Of a stretch of DNA of 43,538 nucleotides, positions 24,293 through 36,500 are shown piece after piece. The position numbers and the translations under genes are program-made. Every line of letters starts with the position of its first letter. Within the stretch, counting starts at the first letter, position 1. A model generated the notes under the pieces. That model had not been told where the DNA came from. It made no database searches and saw only the letters and a program-made list of their open reading frames with translations. Source of the stretch: a virus. Lineage: Duplodnaviria > Caudoviricetes. The stretch spans positions 1 through 43,538 of the IMG/VR virus record IMGVR_UViG_3300030450_003104, one strand, 5' to 3'.

Positions 24293-27081
24293 TGCCAGAA
24301 ATACTTCACCCGTCGTTTGCGAAAGGGGAAGTGTCCCCTGAATTGTATGGCCGCGTAGATACAACCATGTATCAGGTGGCCCTGCGTAAGGCGCACAACG
24401 TCATTATCCACTCGGAGGGAGGCCTTAGTAATCGGCCCGGATTGCTATACACCGCCCCGGTAAAGACGCACACCGAAACCCCTCGCGTCATCAAGTTCCA
24501 GTTTAACACTAGTGATACCTACTGTCTTATCTTTGGCAACCTGTATATGCGGGTAATCAGAGAAGATGGCGCGGTTTTAAATTCTGGTACTGCTATTTCG
24601 GGGATCACAAAAGCTAATCCAGCTGTCGTGTCTTCTTCCGGGCACACTGCAGTAAACGGGAGTGACGTATTCATATCTGGCGTTGTTGGTATGGATCAGG
24701 TGAACGGGGGATTTTACAAGGCGGCTGGAGTCTCGTCAGGGTCCATGCAGCTGACTCATCAGGTGACCGGGGCCAATATTGATAGCAGTGCGTTTGATAC
24801 GTATTCTTCGGGCGGAACTGTGTCGGTGGTTTTTGAGCTCACTACGCCTTACGCTATCGCGGATGTGTTTGACCTTGTGTTTAAGCAGTCCGGTGATGTC
24901 ATTACCATCACTCATCCTAGTTACGAAATCAGAGAGCTGTCTAGGTCAGATCACAATTCGTGGACATTAACTTCGCCTACTTTTGGCCCTACTCAAGACC
25001 ACCCTACTGGGCAAACTGTAACAGTAAATACCACTGGCTCTGAGGCACGTTCGTATCAGGTAACGGCTATAGCGGTAGACACTTTTGAGGAAAGCTTACC
25101 AGCCCTCGGAAACACTACAGCAACGATAACTGGAGTTACTCAGGCTAACCCGGCGGTAGTAACGACATCAGGAGCTCACGGGTATGCTACGGGCGATGAA
25201 GTAGAGATCAACTCTATCGTTGGTATGACGGAGTTAAATGGGCGTCGGTTTAATATAACAGTAGCGTCCAGCACTACCTTTAGTCTGACCGACGAAAACA
25301 GCACAGCGTACACGGCGTACTCCAGCGGGGGCACTTCTAACGAAACTTCAGTAGGGGTATCCAATAGCGCCGCTTCAGAAGACAACACGATTGCGTGGAC
25401 AGCTGTAGCAGGAGCTCTAAAATACTCTGTATATCGGCGGGATAACGGAATCTATGGTCTGCTTGGAGAGACTGAAACAACAACATTCTCTGACAGCAAT
25501 CTGACGCCAGATCTAGATCTTAACCCGCCCAAACAGCGTAATCCGTTTCTCGGCACTGGAAACTACCCAAGCTGCTCTGGCTACCATGAGCAGCGAAGAG
25601 TGTTTGGAGGGTGGAACAATAGCCCAAATACGACTGAGCACTCAGTTACAGGCCAAAGAAGTAACTTTACCAAGTCTCCTACTTCGCGGGCTACTGACGC
25701 TATTACGGCCACACTGGTGGCCGACGAAGTTCACGTCATTAGGCAAATGCTGACATTGAACGATCTAATTCTCTTCACTTCAGAGGGTGTATGGCGCGTA
25801 TTCTCAGGAACTGACAGCGGTTTTGAAGCATCTACTATTAAACAAAAGCCTCAAAGCATGTTTGGGTCTTCTGTACGCCAGCCCATTGCAGTAGGCGACA
25901 CCGCTCTGTATGTGCAGGAAAACAATGCCGTAGTCAGAGCGTTGAGCTACTCCCTGACCGCAGACTCATATTCCAGCACCGACATGAATTTGCTGTCTAG
26001 TCATCTGTTTGAAACCTATCAGATTGTAGACTGGACGTACTGTAAGTACCCGGATCCTAGAATATACGCAGTAAGATCAGATGGTACAGCTGCATGCCTT
26101 ACTTTCTATAAAGATCAGGAAGTTATTGCGTGGACCACTCTTGACACTGATGGCTATTTTGAATCCGTAACTTCTTTAAGGCCTTCGTCGAGTTTTATCG
26201 AAGACACCCCTTACTTTGTTGTCAAGCGCACAATCAATGGCCAGACAGTACGTAATGTGGAGCGGTTTCAGACCCGCATATTTGACGATGTAAGAGACGC
26301 CAAGTTTTTGGACTGCGGCATTAGTTATGATGACCCCAAAACTATTACTAACACTACCGCTGCAAGTCCTGTCGTCGTAACAGCACCATCGCACGGGTTC
26401 TCCAACGGCGATGAAGTAGACATTTCCGACATTGTGTGGGCTCACTCATTTGATTCTAGCTTTAATAAAGTGCAGCCCGACCAGCTAAACGATACGCGTT
26501 TTACGGTAGCCAGCTCCACGACAAACACATTTGCGCTGAATGACTCTAGCGGGAGCGCTATAAACGGCACCGCGTTTTCGGCGTACGTAAGTGGAGGCAA
26601 AGTCAGACGCGCTGTTAATTCCATCAGTGGGTTGCAGCATCTTGCAGGTCAGAGTGTTATTGCTCTGGCAGACGGCGGTGTAGTGTCGTCGCTGACTGTG
26701 GCTTCGGACGGGTCTTTAGCGATGGACCGTAAGTACAGCCGGATCCACGTCGGTCTACGCTTCGTAAGTGATGTCGAAACTCTTGACTTCGATCAGGCGC
26801 AAAACCCTGTCACAGGAAAGATGCTCACTGTGTCTGATGTCACGATGCGGTTTATGGACTCTCGTGGGCTTCTTATCGGACCTAACTTCAACAATCTCGT
26901 TGAGATGAAGCAGCGAGAGTATGAGGACTGGGGCGAGCCTACCAATATGCTAACAGGCAAGAAAAAGATAACGCTGCAGCCTGAGTGGGACGATAATGGC
27001 CGCGTGGCTATTCGTCAAAAAGACCCATTACCTATGACAATTCTAGGTATAGCAGCCGATACGGATGCGGGGGATTATTGA
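24292..27081 (+). CDS. Tail nozzle / tail tubular protein B with inserted beta-barrel repeats
   Basis: SF.KGE.SP.LYGRVD, N.I....GG...RPG, HEQRRVF, QEVIAW, F.DC, Q..PLPMTIL. Confidence 0.9.
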   Translation: MPEILHPSFAKGEVSPELYGRVDTTMYQVALRKAHNVIIHSEGGLSNRPGLLYTAPVKTHTETPRVIKFQFNTSDTYCLIFGNLYMRVIREDGAVLNSGTAISGITKANPAVVSSSGHTAVNGSDVFISGVVGMDQVNGGFYKAAGVSSGSMQLTHQVTGANIDSSAFDTYSSGGTVSVVFELTTPYAIADVFDLVFKQSGDVITITHPSYEIRELSRSDHNSWTLTSPTFGPTQDHPTGQTVTVNTTGSEARSYQVTAIAVDTFEESLPALGNTTATITGVTQANPAVVTTSGAHGYATGDEVEINSIVGMTELNGRRFNITVASSTTFSLTDENSTAYTAYSSGGTSNETSVGVSNSAASEDNTIAWTAVAGALKYSVYRRDNGIYGLLGETETTTFSDSNLTPDLDLNPPKQRNPFLGTGNYPSCSGYHEQRRVFGGWNNSPNTTEHSVTGQRSNFTKSPTSRATDAITATLVADEVHVIRQMLTLNDLILFTSEGVWRVFSGTDSGFEASTIKQKPQSMFGSSVRQPIAVGDTALYVQENNAVVRALSYSLTADSYSSTDMNLLSSHLFETYQIVDWTYCKYPDPRIYAVRSDGTAACLTFYKDQEVIAWTTLDTDGYFESVTSLRPSSSFIEDTPYFVVKRTINGQTVRNVERFQTRIFDDVRDAKFLDCGISYDDPKTITNTTAASPVVVTAPSHGFSNGDEVDISDIVWAHSFDSSFNKVQPDQLNDTRFTVASSTTNTFALNDSSGSAINGTAFSAYVSGGKVRRAVNSISGLQHLAGQSVIALADGGVVSSLTVASDGSLAMDRKYSRIHVGLRFVSDVETLDFDQAQNPVTGKMLTVSDVTMRFMDSRGLLIGPNFNNLVEMKQREYEDWGEPTNMLTGKKKITLQPEWDDNGRVAIRQKDPLPMTILGIAADTDAGDY

Positions 27082-27542
27082 TGTACGAGATCACGCGTAT
27101 GCGAGATGAGCATAGAGAAGAACTGGTAAAAAATATCAGGCAAGTAGATGCGGAAGAAATCTGGGCTTACTCTGGTCGTACCCCCAGAGATGTAATGGAT
27201 GAGCTAGAAGTGGTAGGACGTCACACCGCTCTAGCTGGTCTGGCAAATGGCGCTCTGTTGTGTCTGTTCGGGGCTCAACCATTTACTGCTCTAAGCTCTG
27301 TAGCCACTCCGTGGCTTCTGGGAACTAATGCTTTGCAGCATAATACGCCCGCTTTTCTGCGTATGTCCAAGAAGTGGGTACAGCAACAGATGAAAGTGTA
27401 TGATACACTGGTAAATTTCGTAGACGCTAGAAATGTCAAATCTATCCGCTGGTTGAAGTGGCTAGGTTTCAAGGTGTATCCTGCTGTGCCTACTGGGCCG
27501 TTCCAACAACCTTTTCACAGATTTGAGATGCGCAATGTGTGA
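27081..27542 (+). CDS. GNAT-fold internal virion protein (T7 gp13/DUF2833-like)
   Basis: R..D.EE, PWLLGT, L.NFVD.RN..SIRWLKWLGF. Confidence 0.85.
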   Translation: MYEITRMRDEHREELVKNIRQVDAEEIWAYSGRTPRDVMDELEVVGRHTALAGLANGALLCLFGAQPFTALSSVATPWLLGTNALQHNTPAFLRMSKKWVQQQMKVYDTLVNFVDARNVKSIRWLKWLGFKVYPAVPTGPFQQPFHRFEMRNV

Positions 27543-28107
27543 ACCGACATTAATAGCGACAGCTGTAGGCACTGCTATTTCAGCTTATGGAGAAAAAAAG
27601 GCTGGGGATGCGGCGGCTAAGTTTGGTCAATACCAGCAAGAAATAGCTAACAACAACGCTAAGTATGCAAGAGCTATGGCTCAGGACGCTTTGGACCGAG
27701 GCAAAATTCTTGCTTCTAATAAGAGAGAAGAGACCGCACAGTTCAGAGCAAAACAACTTGTAGCTGCAGCAGCTAGTGGATCGGACGTAAATTTAGGCAG
27801 TATTGTAGATTTGACGAGTACAACGGCTAAGTACGGAGAGCTCGACCGTTTAACCATTCTTAGCAACGCAAGACGCGAAGCTTTTCAACACAATGTAAAT
27901 GCGCAGAACATACAAACTGGCGGAGACATTTCTGCGTTTGAAGGTAGAACGCAAAAAAGCCTTTCAACAGGCAAAGCAGTAGGTACTGTGCTGACGGGTA
28001 CTGGGAATGTTGCTGCAAAATGGTATGACTTAAATAAAGCAGGCATTGATGTGCTTCCAAAATTTGGCAGCAATAAAAACTATGGCCCGCGACCGGTGAT
28101 CTTTTAA
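27535..28107 (+). CDS. Internal virion/ejection protein (T7 gp14-like)
   Basis: MCEPT start, hydrophobic Ala/Gly N-terminus, A.A.SG.D...GS. Confidence 0.8.
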   Translation: MCEPTLIATAVGTAISAYGEKKAGDAAAKFGQYQQEIANNNAKYARAMAQDALDRGKILASNKREETAQFRAKQLVAAAASGSDVNLGSIVDLTSTTAKYGELDRLTILSNARREAFQHNVNAQNIQTGGDISAFEGRTQKSLSTGKAVGTVLTGTGNVAAKWYDLNKAGIDVLPKFGSNKNYGPRPVIF

Positions 28108-28128
28108 CTTCTAATAAGGTAAGCCAAC

Positions 28129-30513
28129 ATGGCCAGAGTTCCTGAACTGAAAGGCCCGTCAGTAGCACCTGCTCCGCTACCTAATGCTTTCCAGACGTCA
28201 AACGCTACTGTTGCGTCTTTTGGGGGAGCTGAAGCCGCAAGCATGATTTCTGCTGGGCAGCAGATCTCACAAGCTGGTGACGTTTTAGCTCAAATGGCTC
28301 TGCAAGCGCAAAGCGATGACAATGATCGAGAGCTAAAAGACCTTCAGGCTAACTGGCGCACACAGCTTTTGCAGATCAACTATGGCGATGGAGAGTCTCT
28401 TGGGTTTCAACAACTTCGAGGACAAGCTGCTTTAGATGCTGAAGAAGCTGCACGCAACAATGTTGAAAATCTTAGAACCCAGCTTCTAGATCAAGCCAGT
28501 AACCAAGCTGTGTACGACGTGTTTAGCGATTACACCGCGGAAGCTAGCGTTTTGCAGTACGAAAAGATGTTTAAACACGTAATGGCCGAGCGTATTACGG
28601 CCAATGTAGATTCTATAAATAACAGTCTCGCAGCAGGGGTTAATGAAGTAGCCGTTGACCCCAGTGCTGCTTATGAAGTGTTAGGTATGATTGATAATAA
28701 TGCTATTTCTATGGCTAATATGGAAGGGTGGGCTCTGGACGGCCCGGAAATAGAAATATGGAAGGCTACGCAGGCCGATACTATGGTCACGGCCATGGTC
28801 AACGGAGCTTTGTCTCGCCAACAGCCGCATGAGGCAAATGATTTGTTTCGTGAATTTGCGCAGCATATGGGTGGGGTGGCTAGAACACAACTTGCTGCAA
28901 GCCTCCAACAGGTAACTTTGGAGGCCGGTGCTCAGGAATATGTTGACGACCTGCAACTCCGATTCCCCGGCGATTTTGAGGCTCAATACGAAGCAGCAAA
29001 AAACGAAATGGAGTTTGGGGCGGAACGCACCGCAGCTGTAAATGAAATCACGGCCCGTATGGCAATGGAAGTAGGATTCCTAAAATTTCATGCAGACTTA
29101 AGGGATTTTGCTGAAGATGTAGAATCTGACGAAGCTGAAGACGCCTCTTTGATCGACGTCAGGCAATGGATTAATAGTGGCGTACCCCAAACTGAAGCTG
29201 AGGAAAAGGTAGAAGAGCTCTATGGAGATAACCTTATTGTTTATGAAGCATACATGAACACAATCAATACCCTTTACGGCCGAGCAGACGCCGCCAAAAC
29301 TAGGGATACCAAAGATAGAGCTAACGCGGATGTAATAGGGTGGAAAAGTAGCGGCGTATCTATGGAACAGGCTTTAATCGAGATAGAACGATATGCAAAC
29401 GATTCTACTACCTACGACATATACAAAAGCACAATCAATGAGATCTACCAACTTTATGACGAAAGCCAGCTTAGAGACGCTGAAGCCGGTGCGCAACAGT
29501 GGCTCGCAGACAACCAAGATCTTTCACCAGTTGAGCTAGCAGCCAAAGCTGAAGAACAATTTTTCGCTGATGAGCTAAACGTTGACGTTTATAAGCAGAT
29601 CGTCGCCCTAATTGGTAACGCGCAAACCCTAAGCAACAATGTAGAAGCCGCGACAAATAACGAGGCGTCTAAAAGCCTCAATACCTATATAGCTGAAACA
29701 GACAATCCTGTATACAATGAATGGGCAGCGCTCCACCCCGAATATGCTGACGCTCTTATAGCCGCGGGTCTGAAACCAGAGTCTGAACTGTTAGTATACC
29801 AGTCGCAGTTCGCCACAACTACAGATCCTGAAATGATACTAAAGTACTTAAATAAAACAGTATCGGACTTGCAGCGAAACGGGCAAACATATCTTACCGA
29901 GGCTAGGACGTTGCTTACTGAAGCTCAGTACAACGTGCTGCTTAGCAATGTTCTTGCCGCTGAAGCTCAGTCAGCAGGCGTCGTGGCTATAAACACAGAC
30001 GACCTCAACCGTATGCTGAACGACACGTTTAAGGCTGAAAACTGGAATGAGAGTCGCGGTCAACGAGAAGAGATAGGACGAGTCAGTTTGGAAGTACATC
30101 GGCAGTTTCGGGTGTTAGAATCCGCCCGTAAAGGAACACCAATCCTGCAGGAAGATGTTCAAGCGATCATTGACAATGTCATGGGCGACATAAACGTAGG
30201 TGGAAGTTGGTATACCTTGGGACTGGCTTCTAGAAGCATGATGTCTGCTGACGCTCTTCAGTACAACACAGTGCGCAGTCCTATGTCTGGGTTTACCGTA
30301 CAAAGTGAAGTGTATAAGTATGTTATCGATCTGCATTACCACAACACGGGCGATGACGGAATTGCAACGGTTCCAGATGTACAATCTGCAGAGTTTGATC
30401 GCCAACTGGTAGCTGTTCAGCTGTTCTATGACGAGTATTCTGAAACCCCCATCTCGCCAGACGATTGGGCAGAAGCAGAAGCAATGGCCGCACAAGAATT
30501 GGACGAGGACTAG
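28129..30513 (+). CDS. Internal virion/ejection protein (gp15-like position)
   Basis: MARVP start, long helical acidic protein, synteny. Confidence 0.7.
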   Translation: MARVPELKGPSVAPAPLPNAFQTSNATVASFGGAEAASMISAGQQISQAGDVLAQMALQAQSDDNDRELKDLQANWRTQLLQINYGDGESLGFQQLRGQAALDAEEAARNNVENLRTQLLDQASNQAVYDVFSDYTAEASVLQYEKMFKHVMAERITANVDSINNSLAAGVNEVAVDPSAAYEVLGMIDNNAISMANMEGWALDGPEIEIWKATQADTMVTAMVNGALSRQQPHEANDLFREFAQHMGGVARTQLAASLQQVTLEAGAQEYVDDLQLRFPGDFEAQYEAAKNEMEFGAERTAAVNEITARMAMEVGFLKFHADLRDFAEDVESDEAEDASLIDVRQWINSGVPQTEAEEKVEELYGDNLIVYEAYMNTINTLYGRADAAKTRDTKDRANADVIGWKSSGVSMEQALIEIERYANDSTTYDIYKSTINEIYQLYDESQLRDAEAGAQQWLADNQDLSPVELAAKAEEQFFADELNVDVYKQIVALIGNAQTLSNNVEAATNNEASKSLNTYIAETDNPVYNEWAALHPEYADALIAAGLKPESELLVYQSQFATTTDPEMILKYLNKTVSDLQRNGQTYLTEARTLLTEAQYNVLLSNVLAAEAQSAGVVAINTDDLNRMLNDTFKAENWNESRGQREEIGRVSLEVHRQFRVLESARKGTPILQEDVQAIIDNVMGDINVGGSWYTLGLASRSMMSADALQYNTVRSPMSGFTVQSEVYKYVIDLHYHNTGDDGIATVPDVQSAEFDRQLVAVQLFYDEYSETPISPDDWAEAEAMAAQELDED

Positions 30514-30516
30514 TAA

Positions 30517-33500
30517 ATGGCGACTGTACCCAAGTCTAGCACTCTGGATATCGACGGCCTAAGTCGGGCCAGCGGTCTTGTTGCCCCGCTAGCCAAGGAC
30601 AATGAAGATGTAGTCTATTCTGATCGGTACATAGAGCGTCAGCGTCAAGAAGATCTAGAAAGAAACAACTTTGTTGACCTTGAACTCACGGACTCACAGC
30701 GCAGGCAACTATTCCTAAATATGCCTGACAGGGATCCTGCGCTGCAGGCTCGTTTTCTAGAAATTGAAAAACTGACGGGCATGTCGCCGCCGTTTCTGGA
30801 TAGGCATAGGAATATTGTAGATAGCATCGAGTCCGACAAGGAGTGGTTTCTCAGAGAAAATCTACTAAACGATACCCCATTCGTCAGGCAGTGGTTAAAC
30901 AATCCTGAAAATGCCGTTGTCGCAAGAGATGACGTCGAGGCTTTAGCTAACGCCGAAAAGGCGTGGAATATCACATCCAGTTACCCGCAAACGCCGCAAA
31001 GTGATGCGCGGTCCGAAACAGATCTTGAACGGCTGCAGCGCGAAACCCTTGAGAACGCTCTGAGCCACAACATTATACCCGCCGAAGACAGAGAACCCAA
31101 CAGAGTGCGGGGTGCGATTGAAGACTTTGGGACCGAATTTGAAGAGCTAGCAGAAGAGACCGTTGAAGACTTTTATTACAGTGTTGCTCAAAGTGCTGGC
31201 TTTGGCCTAACCGCCTTAGGAGAGAGTTTTGAGCTAGAAGGCGGATCAAACCTATCTAAAGGGTTTTTCATTTTAGAAGGCATGAGTAGGGCTTTGGCCG
31301 GCCTAGACAGCGAGGAGATTAGAGAAGACGCCGAACAGTTTCGTGAGTCTCTCGATCAGCTGACGGAAGAAGGCAGGAATATCGCCCTTTCCGCTTATAT
31401 GGATATGAACGCTAACGATCCGTCTGACGGCAACCGAGGGTTTATCGGAGGCATAGCCCATGATGTAGGTGTTGCTCTGGGTGAGCTTGCCATTCCAGCA
31501 GCATTGACGATTGTTACAAGGCAGCCCGGCCTTGGCGCTGCTTCTTTCGGTCTCTATAGCTTTGGCCACAGGTATGGCGAGTCACGCATGATGGGCCGCA
31601 CTCCCGAGCAAGCAAGGATGGACGGCGCAGCTTACGCCATTATTGAAGTAATCTCAGAAAGAACTCCTTTAAAGTTTCTTATACAGCCGAATAAGAAGTT
31701 TCTTGAACGCACTCTTGGTATGATGGGCCTTGAGGGCGCTCAGGAAGTTATCACTGAGTGGTTCCAGATGGGTTACGACCTCGGTGTGCTTAATGAGGAG
31801 ATGACTTTTGGGCAAGCGGTAAACCGACTTGGCCACGCAGGCCTTATCGGGTCTCTAGCTGGCGGCTCCGTAGCTACGCTCACGCATCCCATCGTTTCCT
31901 CAATGCATGATCGTCAGGCTAACACTGCTGTTGACCAGCGCGCAGCCTTGGATAGTTTTAAGGAGGCCTTGGAAGCTTCCAATCTCAGCCAAATTTCCCC
32001 GAATATAGCGGCTAACGTAGGCGCTGGTATCATGGGAAACCAAACGGTATACCTCGACCATGACGCAATAGAAGCTGCCTTTACAGGACAAGACGGCACG
32101 CTAGACCGCAAGAGGTATATAGAGTTTCTGCAGGCTATCGGTGTTCCTCTTGATAAGGCCATTGAAGCTTCATTCAACGGTGTTCCTCTTGAAATATCTG
32201 CTGAGGCATTTAATCGTTCGGTTACTCTTGGAGAGCCGGGAATATACGAAGCGCTGGCCGACCACATCCGTATTGGTGAAGCTTCGCCTATGACGCCTGC
32301 TGAGGCAAAAGAGTATCTGGGGCTATCTGAAGAAGCTGAAGCTATCGAAGGTACGGCGCAGGAAGCTGAAGCAGCGCAAGAAGCTGAAGCAGCGCAAGAA
32401 GCTGAAGCTCTCGAAGGTACGGCGCAGGAAGCTGAAACAGCGCAAGAAGCACAAGTTCTGTCTGAGGATACCGATAGCGGTGTGACGTCACCCCCGGTCC
32501 CTGAAGGCGCAAAAGAATCTATTCGAACAGACACGCCCGAGTTTGCTGAGAGGTTTGGAGCCAGCGAAATTACCGAACCGTACACCGGCGCTCCGCTCAG
32601 GGTCTACCATGGCACTTCCAGCTCAATAGAGGGGGACTTTACTCACGACCAACACGCCACTAAGGGTGGCGCGGCTATGGTAAAGTTAAACCAAGTACCA
32701 GCTTTCTATTTCTCATCCAGCCCGAAGGTAGCCAGTAGTTTCGCTGGCCCTACTGGTGGCAATGTTGTTCCAGCATATCTTCGCATGGAAAACCCCGCTG
32801 ATATTGAGACAAACGGGGGATATTGGAATGAGTATCAAGGGGATATAGAGCAAGCGTACGAAGACGGGTTCGATGGTGTGATCCTGCGCGACGTGCGTGA
32901 TGGTGGCGGTATCAGCGTTGATGACATTGGCCCTGATGGTATGGGCGAGAGTGTTGATGAAATTGGTCCTGATGGTATGGGCGAGAGCGATGTCTATATC
33001 GTGTTTAGCGCGGACCAGATCATCCCCGAAATCAGCGACAGCGACCGAGTAATTGACCCAGAGGCTTCCTCTGCTGAGGACGACGGCTTCCGTGCTTCGA
33101 TCTTCGACTTCTTGAAACAAAGGGACTCCCAAGATGTTCCGCCGCCGTTGTGGTTCTCTAGCCTCACTCGTGCGTTTGAGCAACTGGCTGGTACGCAAAA
33201 CGCACGTCCTGAGCAGTGGGCCAATATCATCAACGGGCTCCATGGCGTTAAAAAAGAAGAAATCGAAACAAGTCAGGTACTGGACTTCCTTGAGTGGCAC
33301 GATCCAAAAGCGCAAATCACGCATAAAGAAATTCTGGATTACCTGTCTGAAAACGAAGTTGTCATTAAAGAGGTACTACTCACCGATCCGGGACCCCAAG
33401 AGTCGGAGCGCGTATTAGACGGACAGCAGGGAAGAGTTCGCTATCCGTACTTATCTTTTGAGCCAAATACCCGGCTTGATGACACACAAGTGCCCCGAAG

Positions 33501-36500
33501 GCTTGTCATGCCCGGCGAGGTCGCAAAAACGAACTTCGAGCTACTAATCGCTACACCATACGCTCTTACATCTAAAAGTGGCGTACGTTTTTCAGATCCT
33601 CACTGGCCCGTGAATAACTTAACCTTCGAACAACAGGACGACATTCTTCTTCCTGAGGTGCGCCGTACCTTTGTTGGAGAAGCAGAATCTGATTACCGCC
33701 AATTGCTTGCGGCAAGCCCCTTAGGATCCATTGTAGCCCACGTCCGTGGTAACGAGCACACCAGCCCGGATGGGGTACGTACTCTCGTTATCGAGGAGCT
33801 CCAGAGTGACATTCACCAGCAGGCGAGAGACAGACATTTTAGAATGGACGAGCCTAGCTTCCGCTTTCCGAAGCGAAGCGATTTTATTATCGAACTTGCG
33901 GCAGACCAAGACCAAGAACAAGAGGGCTTTCGGCGAATGCCGCTGTGGAATATCAAACTGGTTCCAGAATCTACGCCCACTGGAGACGCCATTAGGCGTG
34001 ACATAGACCCCAATTGGCAAAGGCAAATACACGGTCGTAGCGAAGAGGAAGTGTGGTCACTCGTCACGGAGTTCTTGCAGGAGAGATTTAAACACGGCAC
34101 CCCGCGCAAGGTGATCGCCGACGGGTTGCTCCCCGATGCCCCCTTCAAAAATAATGGCTGGGTTAATGTCCTGCTTCGTCGCATGCTCAGAAAAGCTGCT
34201 GACGAAGGCTTCGATCGCGTGGCTTGGACACCAGCGCGCGTTCAAGCTGAACGGTATGGCGAGCTGTACCGAGAAGTTGCGTCTGTCAACGTAACAGTAG
34301 ACGACAAATTTGTTTTCGCCCAATCATACGGTCGTAGCGAAGCGGATCTGTTCGGCGTAAGGGCTTCGGCCCTGCTGGAGGATACCGACGATCTCGATGC
34401 GCTGGACGAGGATAGGCTTAAAGCGCTGCAGGATCTGGCGGCTAGCCAAGAAACAGAAGGCAACTATGTCGCCGAAATTAAAATCGAGGTAGTTAACACG
34501 AGCGGGTACGTAGTGCTAACCCACTTTATGGAATCGGAACCCTTGCCAGCGGGGAGCATAGACGAAGATTTAAATATAGATAGCTTAACAGGTAGCCTTC
34601 GCGGTGTCGGTTTGCCGAAGCAGCTAGCAAAGGATATTGCGCGCTTACATAAAGAAAACACTGGCCCACAAAGCTTTCAACTACTCTATACAGGGTTTAG
34701 CCAATTAGCCAGCGACAGCAAGGATACCGTATTCGGTTTCGAACAAGTTCGAAAAGGAACAGTCACCACGCTTCCGGCCGAAGAAGGAGCAATGCTTGGT
34801 CAGGAAGGGTATCAAGCATTCTACGATTCTATAGTCGTCAGCGCTATGAACAAACTAGTAAAGCGTTTCGGCGCTAAAGTAGAGATGACAGAGGTAGACT
34901 CAACGCTACCGTCCGGCTCGGTGCCCGGCATCCCCGACGTTCCTATGGATGAAATCTATCAGTACTACGGCATTTCCTTGCAACAAAGAGAACTTCTAAA
35001 TTTAGGCTTAAGCGAATCTAGAGCAAGGGAAATTCTCCAAGAAGACTATGGCGTTTTTGATTTTTACGAAACTCCTGCGGCAGATAGACTTCCATTCGAG
35101 GTTGAGGAAAAACGATTTGATGATGGTAATATTGAAGAAGACTTTGTCAGTAGAAGTGCTTTAAGGCGAGCTTATGCAAGAGACCGAGCCACAGAACGTG
35201 TGTGGTCTGTGGACCTTACTGATGAGATGAAGGAAGCGTTCAAAAGTTCGCAGCCCATGTTCTCCATTAGAGGCATGCCTACGGTTGAGTATGTCAATAA
35301 TGCAGAAATAGTTATCCCTGCTCTCCGTAAGCGGCTTGACTCAATGGGTCTAGAAGGCGTGGCTTTAAAAGTTGAAGACGCCATCAAACGTGACATAGAC
35401 GGAAGTACGGTAGATCTTGAGGGCTACTACTGGCAGGGTCTGGTGGCCATGTCTCTGCGCCAAGATCGCGACATCATGGAAGTTCTCAACCATGAAGCGA
35501 TCCACGCCCTTAAAGCGATGGAAGTGTTCAAGCAAGGCGAGTGGGACATGCTCGTCTCAGCAGCAAATGCTGATGACGTCATCATGTCGCGAATCCGCCG
35601 AAATTACGGTAACCGCAGCGAAGACGTGCAAAACGAAGAAGCCGTAGCCGAGCTTTTTGCCAAAATGGCCTCCGAGCAGCAGCAGTCGGAAGGCTTCTTT
35701 GCGGATATGCTTAACCGCATTCGCCGATTCTTCCTCTCCATCCGTGACGCTTTCTTAGAAAGCGGATTTACAAACATGAAAGATCTCTACCAAGCCGTTG
35801 ACCTCGGCGTGGTAGGCAGACGTGATATGCAGGAGCAAGAGCAAAAAGCTCTTAGCGCGGCCATCAGAAGGTTTGGAAGCAGCATTAACAGGCTGGCACC
35901 CGACAGCGCACAGTTTAATCGATGGTTCAAAAACAGTGACGCTGTGAACAACGATGGCTCTCCAAAGGTCATGTATCACGCCGCTAAGAAAGACTTTACC
36001 GCGTTCAAACCGGCTTACGCTGAGTTGGGTCATCATTTCGAAACTTTGCCTGTGGCTCAGACACCCGGTGCTAGTGCTAACACCATCCCTGCTTACCTCA
36101 GTGCGCAGGAGCCTTTGATTACGCCAGACATTAATCTCTGGATGTCCCCCACAGAATGGCGCAAACGCCTTCCGCAGGCTATGCCAAATGCTAATGTTAC
36201 TATTCGCGAAAGCAAATATGCCGCCCGAGAAATGTGGCCCGCGCCCGACATTCTGATGGACATTGACAGCGGTCCACAGAACCCGGTGCCTATGGCCCAA
36301 GACGAGTATGAAGTCTGGGTCGACATCATAGACTACTTGACCAATAGCAATATCACCGACCGCGAACTTGAAGCCGCAGAACCCGGCAGCACTATGCGCA
36401 CTGAGTCCTACGAAGATAATTTAAAACTCTCCGGGGTCAGGCAAGAATTTGAACGCGCAATGTGGGGCATTTTAAGCTCCCATGGCTTCGACAGTTTGAA

